In this document: positions 16,828 to 29,578 of the stretch, one piece after another
Position numbering within the stretch: the stretch's first letter is position 1
How the letters are laid out: every line of letters begins with the position of its first letter
Assembly (NCBI RefSeq): GCF_009914755.1
Contig: NC_060926.1
Strand: one strand, 5' to 3'
Length of the DNA: 64,000 nucleotides
From: the human T2T-CHM13v2.0 reference genome, Homo sapiens
The notes under the pieces: model-generated
What the model was told of the DNA's origin: nothing
Databases searched by the model: none
Seen by the model: the letters and a program-made list of their open reading frames with translations, nothing else
Position numbers and translations under genes: made by a program

Positions 16828-17561
16828 CTATTTATTATTAATGTAATTATTAATAAAAATAGGTTGGTGTCTATGATCTGAAAATATATATTAAAATTGT
16901 CTCATCTTTTCTTTGGTCGTTCTATTTCTTCTTTTCTCCTTGATTTATTTTGAGTTTATGAGATATATTTCTAATTACATTTTATGTCCTCTGCTGGCTT
17001 ATTATTTATGCCTTTTTATTTTATTTCCTAGTGGTTATTCCTGAACTTATAATAGTATTTTAACTTATCACAGTCTATCACCTAATTTATTATTTTACAT
17101 ATAATTTATTAAGAGTACAAAAGTACAATTCCATTTCACCTCTTTCATCCTAGTTGCAATTTTGACAATAGCATTTAATCTCACAGATTTTGCAAACCTC
17201 ATAAGACGTTATTATTTTTGCTTAAAACAGTTAACCATCAGTTTAAGAGGTTTGTTTCAAGTGCTTTATATACATATTTTGCATTTCTGGTGTGCTTTAC
17301 TTCTTTGTGCAGATCAAAATTTTTATCTGGCATAACATTTCTTCTGAAGTTTCTCTAAAATTTTTTATTGGGTTGTTACTCTAAACAAGTTCTCCCAGTC
17401 TTTGAAAAATTATATAGTTTCTCTTCATTTATAAAATATATTTTATAGTTGACTGATAATTTTATTGTTTCCACATTTTAAGAGTATCATTCCATTGTCT
17501 CTTGAAACATATAGTTTATGATGAGAAGTATATGGTACTCTATTAGTTCCTTTTTTGTAGA

Positions 17562-17800
17562 AGACAGCAAACTTTCTCTGCAAAAATCTAAATTGTAAAT
17601 ATTTTAGAAAATAAATATTTTAGGCTTTGTCGCTGATAAAAGGTCTATGAGACAAAAGATCTCTGTCTCATATCCTTTTTTCTGTTTTTTATTGTTGTTT
17701 CTAAACTTGTAAAAAATGAGAAACTCATTCATAGTTTGAGAACTGTACAAAAACAGGCCATTAACTAAATTTGACCCATGGGCTGTAGTTTGCTGGCCTT
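17562..17800. mobile_element. MER58-like hAT-Charlie MITE
   Basis: Terminal motifs cagcaaactttc... and ...tttgacccatgggctgtagtttgctg. Confidence 0.7.
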
Positions 17801-17959
17801 TTCTCTATTGTAATTACATGTCCTTTTAATTTTTATTATTGTAATATTTTTATCTTGTTTTTTAGAAATTTATGTGTTTCTATCTTTGGTGTTCCTTAGC
17901 TAACATATATATGACATATATAATTCCCAAGATTAGTTATAACATAGTTATCAATATTT

Positions 17960-18960
17960 TAATAGCCTTATTGATGGATAATTTTCATGACATAAAGTCC
18001 ACCTGTTTTAAGTGTACAATTTAATGACTTTTAGTAGATTTTCAGTGTTAATTCTTTCATCATCATAATTAAGTTTTAATACATTTTCTTCGTCCCAAAG
18101 AAATTGTTTATTCCCTTTTGTGGTCAGTCTTCTATTCCATCTCAAGCACAGGAAATTTCTAATCTATGTTCTGTCTCTGTAGATTTTCCTTATCTGAACA
18201 TCTCCTATAAATACAGTCAGATAGTTGGTCTTTTGCTTATTGTAGTGACTCTCATCTAGGAGTAGTTTTGCAACCAGGGAATATCTTACAATGTCTACAG
18301 ACATGTCTAGGTGTCACAACTAGGGTGGGTGCTATTAGCATCTAGTAGATGGATGTCAGGGATGTTAGTAGACACTCTACAAAGTAAAGACAGCTTCTGC
18401 ATGACAAATAATTGTTTATCCTCAAAATTCAATACTACTAAAATTCAGAAACTCAGACTTAGTATAATGTTTTGGAGGTTTATCCATATCATAATTTTAT
18501 CCATTGTTCGGTCCCTTGTATTGCTAAATGATTTTTATTATGTGGATATACAACATTATAACATATGTAACAGAGGATGCACATTTACATTGCTTACATT
18601 TGTGGCATCTTTTGCATTGCTGCCATGAACAGTTGTTTGTAAGACCTTTTATATATATACATTTTCATTTCGCGGGTAAATGCCTAAGAGTAGAATTGTC
18701 AGAGCATATAATTATTTTTCTGTTTATTAGTCATTTACATATCTTTGAGAGTATGTAATAAATATATATATGAGCCATCATATATCTTTATTTTGAGACT
18801 TAGTAATTCCATTAAACTCCATTGCTTATTTTACTTTGGTTTAGATATCCCCTTATTATTGGCTTTTAATGTTCTTTATACATTTTAGATATGAGCACTT
18901 TATCCTACATGTGGTTTGGAAATATTTTGTCTGTGGCTTGTCCTTTCGCTTTCTTAATAA
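17960..18960 (-). mobile_element. Old L1M 3' end (antisense), interrupted by MER20
   Basis: ctgttttaagtgtacaatttaatg...tgtctctgtagattttccttatctgaacat...cttagtataatgttttggaggtttatccat. Confidence 0.6.
18243..18455. mobile_element. MER20 hAT DNA transposon
   Basis: caatgtctacagacat...tgtcacaact...gctattagcatctagtag...aattgtttatcctcaaaa. Confidence 0.7.
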
Positions 18961-20438
18961 AATCTCTTGTCTCACACATACATACACCCCTCACACACAC
19001 CTCTCAAGAGTAGTAAATATATTGACATGACAAAAAAAATCAGAAAATATACGAAATAAACATGAGCGAGAGGTTATCTGAAATGCTTCAATGCATTGGT
19101 TTGTATTTTCAATTTGGAAAGATTGAACTTACTCCTTTATGTTTTTTAAGCAAGCCTGAAGTTAAAGCATTTGTAAAGGCTTTTGTTTTCACTGTGTTTA
19201 CATATTTTATAGAGAATGAACTTATCTCCTTTGCTTGGTCTGTTTCTCTTTGGAAGTTATTGCCAGAAGTCTCAGGGAGCTCTGCATTCATAATTGAAGT
19301 CAATCTTCTCATGTTCTATCTTCTAGAGATAGAAACACTATGTTCATATCCTTTACAAAATAAACCTATCTTGAATGCTAATTATTCAGTCACCTCACAA
19401 CTCTTTCTTCCCTAGGGTAAACACTACACTTTTTTATCCTAGCCATAGTGTTTATAGTTTTCATCCTTGAGCAGTTTGAGGCTTGTTAAAACACTCTTTA
19501 GTTTCTCCACATACTTTTTTAACTTAATAAATATTTCAGATAAAGAATAGCTATATTTGCATTTTTAAAACATGAGCATCATTAAACTTCTAATAAGAAT
19601 ACAAATACACAGTTAATATATGCATCTATATGATTTTGAATTTATGTTCAGTTTTATGAATTTTCACATGAATTTTGCACTGTTGATATTCATACATGCA
19701 TAGTGGGTCATTTGTTATCATGCCAAAAGTTATCATTTGCTGTAGTATTACAGACACTTTTCATGAATAAATAATCTTTGTTGGTATTCCTCTCAAAAGG
19801 CTTATACAAAGTCTCTATCACACACTACTGAATAATCATTTTACTGTCGAACTTTTGAATAATTCTAGAAAAAATTTTTAAAAAGCAAGAAGAATACACA
19901 CTAATGATTAATTAATGATTGAGAATAATATATCATCTAAAATGTTCGGAAAGATACGAAAAATGACAAAAGTCGACATACTTTAATAAGCAATGTAGCA
20001 ATGGAAAGACACTGAGGAAAGTGTGTTAGTGATTGTGTTTTTGGTTGCCAAGAATTTGAGACTATTTTCCTGTAAATGGTCACCACGGTGGATATTAATA
20101 TTAAAAAACAGTTTAAGGGAAAAGAGATAATGTTTAAGAAACAATCAATAAATGGTTGTATAATATTTACTGAAAACCAATTATGTGCTAGGCCAGTGTT
20201 ATACACTCACAAAACAATAGTAAACAGGACAGAAAGTTGTGAGAACTAAAATCTAATCAGAACAAACTCATTCATACAAACAAATTTGTTTTCAGGTAAT
20301 CCTTACAAGAACTTTTTGAGATGTATATAATGATTTCCATCAAATGATTTAGCAAACTGAGGCTTAGGAGGATGCAGTTCTATGCCCGAATACAGGCAGA
20401 CATCAGAGATATTGCAGATTTAATTCTATGCCCGAATA

Positions 20439-20776
20439 CAGGCAGACATCAGAGATATTGCAGGTTTAATCTCAGACCACTACAATAAAGTGAATATTGC
20501 AATCGGGCAAGTGACACAATGTTTTTTTGCTTTCCAGTGCATATACAAGTTATGTTTACACTAGGCTGTACTCTATTAAATGGTGTGCAATAGCATTATG
20601 TCTAAAATAACAATGTACACACCTTAATTAAAACTATTTTATGGCTAAACGATGCTGACACCAAGACATGAAATGATCACACACTATAGGACAGAGCTGA
20701 TAGATTTGCTTGCCACAAGCCTTAAATTTGTAAAACATGTGATATCTGTGAAGCACAATGTAATGAGGTATACCCT
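20439..20776 (-). mobile_element. Internally deleted Tigger1 derivative
   Basis: Termini caggcagacatcagagatattgcagg...cagaccac and ...atgaggtataccc, flanked by TA dinucleotides. Confidence 0.75.
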
Positions 20777-22049
20777 ATATCTGAACATGAAAAGAAGTCT
20801 TGTTCTAATCAATGTTTTCAAACTAAAATATCAATTTATCTCCAATCTACCCCATATATTAGCCAATATGTTCACAAGAAAGACTCATGCAAAGCTTGCA
20901 TATTTAAATGAATAGCTACATATCAATCCAAATTAGAGTTCTGTTTCTCATATTTTCCTTATTCAACATGCATCCCAAGTAGAAATGTGCTTATAAAGAC
21001 TTCTGCCCATGACACTGTAAAATATCAAGTAAAAGGGTATTCCCAATTATTAGCACTCACAATGATTTCTCAATTAGATATTAATACCTAGCTTGGAATA
21101 CTGCTGGTCATCTGTTGAGCTAAATTACATGAAGTACTTTATCCCTAGATTACTTACGCAACTCTGTATTTATAAAATGAGGTTTCTGTGACAATAACCT
21201 ATTCAATTTTAGTTGTGTTTGAGTAAGCAAAAACAAATATCTTCAGAACTAATCACTTATAAATTATTTCTATTCAGGACTATCCAATAGTCAAGAGGCA
21301 GAAATCTAGCCCCCATTGTTTGATGTCCAACATGTAACTGTGAAAATATTTTTGAACATTAAAATATCAAGAAAACAATAAAGTAATCACACCAAGAAAG
21401 AAAAAATTCTGGAACTGAGTCAATTCAAAACCCATATATACCCTGGGTAAATATATGAAAACTCTTCTGTGTCAATAAAGTGACTGCAAAATAGCAGATA
21501 ATAAGATATATATGATTTATAAAAGAAAAAACTCAGAATTATGGTGAAGGGTTACAAAAACTGAAGTGTAATAGTGTAAATAAAAAAGATTTACATTTAA
21601 TAAAATACAAAGTTTCAGTTATATTTAAATTTTAAAAAATCATATAATCTTATTCTTTAAAAGGTAAAATTTTTATGTATGACTATTGGTGTTTTAACAG
21701 CTATGACGGTGTTTTTGCGCAGCAGCAATTCTCAATCCAAATTTAGAGCTCAGATATTTGATTTCTGTTAGTGCTATTTGCTAAAAGGAAGCTGAGATAT
21801 TTGGGGGTTGTGGATTCTGCATCCCGGTGAAAAATAATAGAGGCTAAAAATAGGCTTAGAACATCTTTATCCCACAATAAAGCAAAACATAGTTTCAAGG
21901 ATGTAATGAATTGCTCTAAAACAAGCAAAGAAACGGTCTTTTCCTCATTAGATTTAATTATAATATGTGTTTGAAAGGTTATAAATATTAGATGATACAT
22001 TGGTTAGTCCTGCTACATACCAAACATTTCTGAAGTCTCGATGACTTAT

Positions 22050-22400
22050 AATAACATTCAATCCTCATCCATATTGTATACATGCATACATGCTACTGCA
22101 GCTCTGTTTAGCATGATTTTATGTGTCTTTTTCTGGGACCCAGGCTAAAAGGATATTCTCAATGTGAGACATGCACTTTCTTGGGACAGAGGAGAGGACC
22201 AAAAGAGACCAGTCTGCACCATAAAATCTTAAGACTTCTGCTTAGTTATAGGCTATGTTAGATCCACTCACATCCCCTTAGGCAAAGCAAGTTGCATGGC
22301 TAAGTCCAACATTGTTGAGGGAAGAAAAGATATCCCTCTTATGGGAGGAGAGAGAGAGTAAATATTTGCATAAAATAATATATTCTATCACAGCATTCCA
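22050..22400. mobile_element. Old MaLR LTR (MLT1J/K-like) fragment
   Basis: ctgggacccaggct...ccactcacatcccctta ggcaaagcaagttgcatggctaagtccaacat. Confidence 0.5.
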
Positions 22401-22992
22401 AATAAGACAATTATAAGATATAGAAGTATATACAGTAGAACATGTTGAATTTTTAATTAAATATTTAAACTGAAGTGCTAACAAGCATAAGTATTTTCTT
22501 TAAATACAGGCCAGTTCATGAACTATAGATACATGTTATGTTTTCTTTCATTTTATTTTGAAGTGTGGTGATGGGTGTGGAAATACCAGTTAATTTCAAT
22601 CGTTATTAATAATGAAAAGAAAAAAGTGATGCAACATTTATTCACTATAGGTGGTCATACTCTGTGATGAAGCAGAAAGAAATTTGAACTCTGTTTCAGT
22701 TGACAAATCAGCTAGCATCCTAAGAGAAGAGCTAATTGTGCTGGTTAGGTTTCTTATCCCTCAGGATTTAAATCTTCTATTAATTACAATAAGATACAAT
22801 TAAGGCTTACATGTATTATCACATAAATTACCTCCATCAGGTTAATATATAAGGATGCCAGGATAATGGGTCATACAGCACTGAACAAATCTAAAGAACA
22901 CATCCTTCTATAGAACAACAATCTGAAAAAGGATAAAAGTAAAACAAATGGAAAGAAAGTGGTTTCAAAAAATCCCGATGAGGGCTTTTTTT

Positions 22993-24256
22993 ATAGTACT
23001 ATTGTTGCTTATCAGTACATAGTACATTCATACATAACAACACATTACGAATCCAGTTCACATGCATATAGGCACGTATTAATAATGTCTTAATCAACTG
23101 TTACACATTTACTATTATTAGCTGTACAATCAAATCTAATCCACGTGGATATTGATCCGTACTATATATCCTTGATATTACATAGTACATACCTTCATTC
23201 ATCAACCATGGCAAATTTTAGTCCGGACATCCCTTGTCCACATGGTTATCAATTTTTGGTCTACCTACCAATTTTTGGTCTCTTAATCAACCAACCTCTT
23301 AGAAATCATCATCCCACTCGGGAGTGCTACCCTCCTTGCTCCAGGCCCATAACATTTGGGGGTGAATATACTGAAACTATACCTGACATCTGGTTCTTAC
23401 TTCAGGGCCATAATACTAAGATCGCCCACATGTTCCCCTTAAATAAGACATCTCAATGGACTAGTGACTGCCACCCTATTAACCAGTCAGGGGAGGACTG
23501 TCATGCATTTGGTATTTTTAACTTTGGGGGATGCTGTTACTCCCCATCGCGGAAGGCCTGGTCCCTGCCAGATCTGCTGTAGACGAACTCGGATTTGATT
23601 CCTAACAAACTAATTGTAGAAGCTGAGCTTATATTGAATATTCCGGGTTGACATAATAACCATAAGGTTAATTAATTCATGCTTGAAAGACATAACAATC
23701 AAGACGCTCAGGCACTTACCCTCACGCACTTTCGAGAACTATTTTTGATTAAATCCGCGACCCCTCTCCTCCTATCTGTGACTTTACCATCAACCTAAGT
23801 AAACTGTATCCTTGCCAAATCACAAAAACAAGAGACTAAAATGCAAACTAGTCAGAGTCCAGAGATCATATTTTAACCACAAACACTCCAACAGCTACTC
23901 CTCGACTGATGTAATTTTTCTAAAAATCTTAAGACTCTCCTACCAAAGTAATCCCCATTTTGTATAACAAATATAATAACTAAATTTCCACCCTAATACT
24001 AATACACCTTGAGCATCTCCCTCTGAAAGCCCTGCCCCATTATATCATACCCTAAATTAACCATACTCTAATTATGACCAATCCTCCCAGCTAAACCTCT
24101 GCCAATAAAGACCCTGAATTTCCAGAACTCTAAACAAATATTTACACTTCTTTCTTTCTCTTTCTCTCTCTCTCTTTTTCTTTCCCTTCTTTCTTTCTTT
24201 CCTTCCTTTCTTTCTTTCTCTCTCATATTTTAACTTTTCTACTAAGTATTTATATA
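22993..24256 (+). pseudogene. NUMT control region (D-loop)
   Basis: TAS-like gtacatagtacat; central domain gctccaggcccataac...tggttcttacttcagggccat; CSB1-like ttaattcatgcttgaaagacataac (~23672); CSB3-like tgccaaatcacaaaaacaa (~23813). Confidence 0.85.
24147..24224. repeat. (CTTT/CT)n microsatellite within the NUMT
   Basis: Pure pyrimidine tract, seen directly. Confidence 0.9.
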
Positions 24257-24327
24257 GTTAATGGATGTTAATTATTCAAAGCAAGACACTGAAAATGTCT
24301 AGTTGGGTCCACACCACCCGATGAACA
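24257..24327 (+). pseudogene. MT-TF-like: NUMT tRNA-Phe
   Basis: gttaatg...aaagcaagacactgaaaatgtct; GAA anticodon. Confidence 0.85.
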
Positions 24328-25276
24328 GATAGGTTTTGTCCTGGCCTTTTTATTAGCTCTTAGTAAGATTAAACATGCAAGCTTCCCTGCCCCAGTGAAA
24401 ATCCCCTCTAGATCACCGGGTCAAAAGGAGCAGGTATCAAGCACGCACGAATGCAGCTCAAAACACTTTGTTAACCACACCCCCACCGGAAACAGCGGTG
24501 ATAAATCTTTAGTAATAAATGAAAGTTTGACTAAGCTATACTAATGTTAAGCGTTGGTTAATTTCGTGCCAGCCACCGCGGCCATACGATTAACCCGAGC
24601 TAATAGGACTCGGCATAAAGAGTGTTTAAGGTCTACCCTCAATAAAGCTAAACCCCATCTAAGTTGTAAAAAACTCAGCTGAAATAAAATATACTACGAA
24701 AGTGGCTTTAATACCCTGAAGACACAATAGCTAAGATGCAAACATTAGTTACCCCACTATGCCTAGCCATAAACTCTAATAGTTACATTAACAAAAACAG
24801 TCGCCAGAGTACTACAACAGCTTAAAATTCAAAGAACTTGGTGGTGCTTTATATCCCTCTAGAGGAGCCTGTTCTATAACTGATAAACCCCAATACACCT
24901 CACCACCTGTTGCCCTCCAGCCTTATACTGACTGCTATCTTCAGCAAACCCTTAAAAGGCTATAGAGTAAGCACAAGTACGCACATAAAAACATTAGGTC
25001 AAAGTGTAGCCCATAAGGTGGCAAGAAATGGGCTATATTTTGTATGTCCAGAAAATCTCATGACAATTCTTATGAAATCTAAGGACTCAAGGAGGATTTA
25101 GCCATAAACCAAGAGCAGAGCACTTGGTTAAATAAGGCCGTGAAGTACGCACACACCGCCCATCACCCTCCTCAAATATTACTGTAGAAATCACTATTAC
25201 TAATAACTTTCTACATGCATACAGAAGAGATAAGTTGTAACATGGTAAGCATACTGGAAAGTGTGCTTGGACAAAC
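24328..25276 (+). pseudogene. MT-RNR1-like: NUMT 12S rRNA
   Basis: gtgccagccaccgcggccatacgatt and gtaacatggtaagcatactggaaagtgtgcttgg. Confidence 0.95.
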
Positions 25277-25345
25277 CAAAATGTAGCTTAACTCAAAGCA
25301 TCCGGCTTATACCCAGAATATTTCAGCATGACCTGATCAATTTGA
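25277..25345 (+). pseudogene. MT-TV-like: NUMT tRNA-Val
   Basis: caaaatgtagcttaactcaaagcatccggctta..., located between 12S and 16S. Confidence 0.85.
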
Positions 25346-26903
25346 ACCAACTCTAGCCCCGAACGTTGCTAAAAATATTATCAAAATATCTTAAACCATT
25401 TACCTTAGACAAAAGTATAGGTGATAGAAATTTTTATCCTGGTGCAATAGACATAGTACCATAAGGGAAAGATGAAAGAACTGTATCAAGACCTAAAAAT
25501 CAAAGACAAGCCCTATACCTTTTGCATAATGTATTAACCAGAAATAACTTTACACAGAGAACGACAGACAAGTCCCCTGAAACCAGATGAGCTACCCAAG
25601 AATAACTGAAAGCGCACACCCACCTATGTGGCAAAATAGTGGGAAGATTGATGAGTAGGGGGGACAAGCCTACCAAGCCTAGTGATAGCTGGTTGTCCAA
25701 GATAGAGTTTTAGTCCAACTTTAAACTTACCCACAGAATTACTTAATCTCCTTGTAAGTTTAACTGTTACTTTAAAGAGGGACAGCTCTTTAGAGCGTAG
25801 GAAACAACCTTCCTATAGAAAGTAAAAAATATTATTACCACCATACTTGGCCCAAAAGCAGCCACCAATTAAGAAAGAGTTTAAGCTCAACGTCTAACTA
25901 CCTTAAATTCTAATCGCTCTACTGAACTCCTAACATCACTTTGGACTAATCTATTACTTAATAGAAGCAATAATGTTAGTATAAGTAACATGAAGACATT
26001 CTCCATTGCATAAGCTTACAGCAGACTGGAATAACCCATTGACAGTTAACAGCCTAATATTAATAAATGATACAATAAGCACCCTATTATTTACACTGTT
26101 AACCCATCTCAGGTAAGCTCTAAGGAAAGATTACAAAAAGTAAAAGAAACTCAGCAAATCATACCCTGACTGTTTACCAAAAACATCACCTCTAGCATTA
26201 ACAGTATTAGAGGCACTGCCTACCCAGTGACATATGTTTAACGGCCACAGTATCCTGACAGTGCACAGGTAGCATAATCACTTGTTCCCTAAATAGGGAC
26301 TTGTATGAATGGTTACATGAGGATTCAGCTGTCTTACTTTTAATCAGTGAAACTGACCTATCCGTGAAGAAACAGATATAAACAAATAAGAGAAGAAGAC
26401 CCTATGGAGCTTTAATTCATTAATGCAAATAAAAACTCAAACAAGCCTACAGGCCCTAGCCTACTATCCTTGCATTTAAAATTTTGGTTGAGGTGACCTT
26501 GGAGCATAATTCAACCTCCGAACAACCTAAATTAAGACTGCACTAGCCTAAGTGAGTTAAAACACACTGACCCAATGATTCGATCAACAGAATAAGTTAC
26601 CCTAGGGATAACAGCTCAATCCTATTCTAGAGTTCATATCGACAATAGGGTTTACGACCTCGATGTTGGATCAGGACATCCAAATGGTGTAGCCACTATT
26701 AAGGGTTTGTCTGTTCAAAGATTAAAGTCCTATGTGATCTGAGTTCAGACTAGAGTAATCCAGGCCGGTTTCTATCTATTTAACATTTCTCTTAGTATGA
26801 AAGGACAAGAGACATAGGCCCACTTCATAAAGTGCCCTCACTCCATAGATGATGCTCTCTCATTCTAACAAATCATCACACACACTATTCAAGAACAAGG
26901 TTT
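25346..26903 (+). pseudogene. MT-RNR2-like: NUMT 16S rRNA
   Basis: ctgtttaccaaaaacatcacctctagc and tttacgacctcgatgttggatcaggacatcc. Confidence 0.95.
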
Positions 26904-26978
26904 GTTAAGATGGCAGAGCCCAGCAATTGCATAAATCTTAAAACTTTATAATCAGAGGTTCGACTCCTCTTCTTAACA
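26904..26978 (+). pseudogene. MT-TL1-like: NUMT tRNA-Leu(UUR)
   Basis: gttaagatggcagagccc...cttaaaacttt...cttcttaaca. Confidence 0.9.
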
Positions 26979-26980
26979 AC

Positions 26981-27930
26981 ATGCCTATAACTAACCTTCT
27001 CCTACTCATTATCCCCACTCTTATTGCTATAGCATTCTTTACACACATCAAACGCAAAATTTTAGGCTATATACAACTATGCAAAGGACTGAACATTGTA
27101 GGTTCCTACGAGATGCTTCAACCATTCAGTGATGCAATAAAACTTTTCACCAAAGAACTGTTACAGCCCTCAGCAAGTACTATTACCCTTATATTACTGC
27201 TCCAGTCCTTGCCCTTTCTATCACTCTCCTCTTACAAACTCCCCTCCCTATACCAAATCCTCTAGTTAATTTTAATATAGACCTCCTTTTTATACTAGCC
27301 ACATCAAGCCTGACCATCTATTCTGTGATCAAGATGAGCACCTAATTCAAAATATGCACTAATGAGTCCATTACAAGTTATGGCCCAGACAATGTCTTAT
27401 GAGGTCACCCTAGCCATTATCCTACTATCAGTCCTACTGAGAAGCGGCTCGTTTAACTTACCAAACACTCGTCATAATGCAAGAATTCGTATGACTGCTC
27501 CTACCATCATGGCCCCTAGACATAATATGATTTATCTCCACACTAACTAGCAGAAACTAACTGAGCCCCTTTTGATCTAGCAGAAGGATAGTCAGAGTTA
27601 GTCTCAGGCTTCAACATTGAATATGCTGCAGGCTCATTGGCCCTCTTTTTTATAGCAGAATACATGAATATTATCATAATAAATGCCCTAACCTCTTACT
27701 TTCCTAGGAGCACGACACATGATATATTCACCAGAACTCTATACCACAAATTTCATTACCAAAACCCTTCTTTTAACCACCCTATTTTTTATGAATTTCA
27801 ATGGCATACCCTCGATTCCACTACAACTTACTCATATACCTTCTGTGAAAAAACTTCCTACCACTTACACTAGCATTCTACATATATCTCAATGCCTGTC
27901 CTAATTTCCAGCATCCCACCCCAAACATAA
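26981..27930 (+). pseudogene. MT-ND1-like: NUMT ND1 pseudogene
   Basis: [19 protein letters not shown]...[11 protein letters not shown] and [19 protein letters not shown]; frameshifted. Confidence 0.95.
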
Positions 27931-28136
27931 GAAATATGTCTGACAAAAGAATTACTTTGATAGAGTAAATAATAGAGATTAAATTCCTCTTATTTCTAGA
28001 ACTATAGGAATTGAACCTACCCCTGAGAATTCAAAATTCTCCATTCTACCTATTACACCATGTCCTAGAGTAAGGTCACCTAAATAAACCATCAGACCCA
28101 TACCCTGAAAATGTTGGTTACACCCTTCCCATACTA
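27930..28136. pseudogene. NUMT tRNA cluster Ile(+, 27930-27998), Gln(-, 27997-28067), Met(+, 28069-28136)
   Basis: agaaatatgtctgacaaaagaattactttgatagagt and agtaaggtcacctaaataa...cccataccc. Confidence 0.9.
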
Positions 28137-29179
28137 ATTAATCCCTTGGCTCAACTTATTATTACTCTTACTATTTTCACAGGAACTCTTATCACCACAA
28201 TGCTAGGCTCACACTGATTTCTCATCTGAACAGGCCTGGAAATAAACATACTAGTCCTTATCCCAAACTTAACTTAAAAAATAAATCCCTGCTCTGCAAA
28301 AGCAGCCACTAAATATTTCCTTACACAAGTAACTGCATCCATAATTCTCATGATAGGTATCCTTTCCAATAGGCTGTCCTCCAGACAAGGAACAATAATA
28401 AACACTATTAATCAATGTTCATCCTTAATAATAATAGTAGCCCTAATGATAAAACTAGGAATAGCCCCCCTTTCACTTCTGAGTCCCAGAGGTAACCCAA
28501 GGAATCTCTTTAACATCTGGTATACTTTTTCTCACATGACAAAAACTAGCCCCTATCTCGATCATGTTTCAAATTTTCCTATCAACACGAACATCCTCCT
28601 GTTGATCACAATCCTATCCATTATAGTGGGTGGTTGAGGAGGACTTAACCAAACACAATTGTGTAAAATCCTAGCCTACTCCTCAATCACTCACACAGAC
28701 TGAATAATTAGCAGTACTAATCTATAACCCAAACATTACCATTCTAAACTTTATTATTTACCTCATCTTAACAACAACTGCATTTCTAGCACTCAACCTG
28801 AGTATAAGCACCACAACCCTGTCACTGTCTCATGCCTGAAACAAATTAGCATGGTTGACACCTATAATTCCACTAATTCTATTATCCCTAGGAGGTTTAC
28901 CCCCATTAACAGGGTTCCTGCCTAAATGAATCATCATCCAAGAATTTACAAAAAACAATAGCCTTATTACACCAACCATTATAGCTATCATAACCCTACT
29001 CAACCTGTACTTTCATATAAGCCTAATTTATTCCATCTCAGTGACACTATTCCCTGCATCTAATAATATGAAAATAAAATGACAATTCGAAAACACAAAA
29101 CCCACACTACTCTTCCCCCGACTTCTCATCTCTTCTACCCTCCTCTTACCCATCTCTCCATTAATACTAACCATAACTT
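28137..29179 (+). pseudogene. MT-ND2-like: NUMT ND2 pseudogene
   Basis: ATT start after tRNA-Met; IKLGIAP; ggaggacttaaccaaacacaa; frameshifts. Confidence 0.95.
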
Positions 29180-29563
29180 AGAAATTTAGGTTAAATAAGA
29201 CCAAGGGCCTTCAAAGCCCTTAGTAAGTAAGTCACACTTAATTTCTGTAACAGGTCTGAGGACTGCAAGACTCTATTCTGCATCAATTGAACGCAAACCA
29301 AGCATTTTAATTGAGCTAAGCCCTTGCTAGATTGGTGGAATTCAAACCCATGAAAATTTAGTTAACAGCTAAACACCCTAATCAACTGGCTTCAACCTAT
29401 TTCTCCTGCTGTTGGGGGAGAAAGGCAGGAGAAGCCCCGGCAGGATAGAAGCTGCTCCTTTAAATTTGCAACTCAACATGAGAAATCACCTCAGCGCTGG
29501 TAAAAGGAGGCCTTGACCTCCATCTTTTGATTTACAGTCTAACGCTTACTCAGTCATTTTACC
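29180..29563. pseudogene. NUMT WANCY tRNA cluster with the light-strand origin (OL ~29400-29434)
   Basis: Trp(+) 29180-29247, Ala(-) ~29257-29325, Asn(-) ~29327-29399, OL stem ttctcctgct/ggcaggagaa, Cys(-) ~29433-29498, Tyr(-) ~29499-29563. Confidence 0.9.
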
Positions 29564-29578
29564 TTTTTTTCCCCACTT

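Noticed and set aside
22967-22992. Terminator-like hairpin aaaaaatccc-gatga-gggcttttttt at the NUMT left edge
   Set aside because: The stem is short and mismatched, the context is eukaryotic, and chance in AT-rich DNA explains it.
26309-26381. Humanin-like (MTRNR2L) ORF in the NUMT 16S
   Set aside because: It reads ATG GTT ACA TGA (stop at codon 4) and has a 2-bp deletion downstream, so no intact peptide.
29401-29433. Apparently compensatory T-A pair in the NUMT OL stem
   Set aside because: Two ordinary CpG deaminations (cg>tg and cg>ca) explain it without selection.
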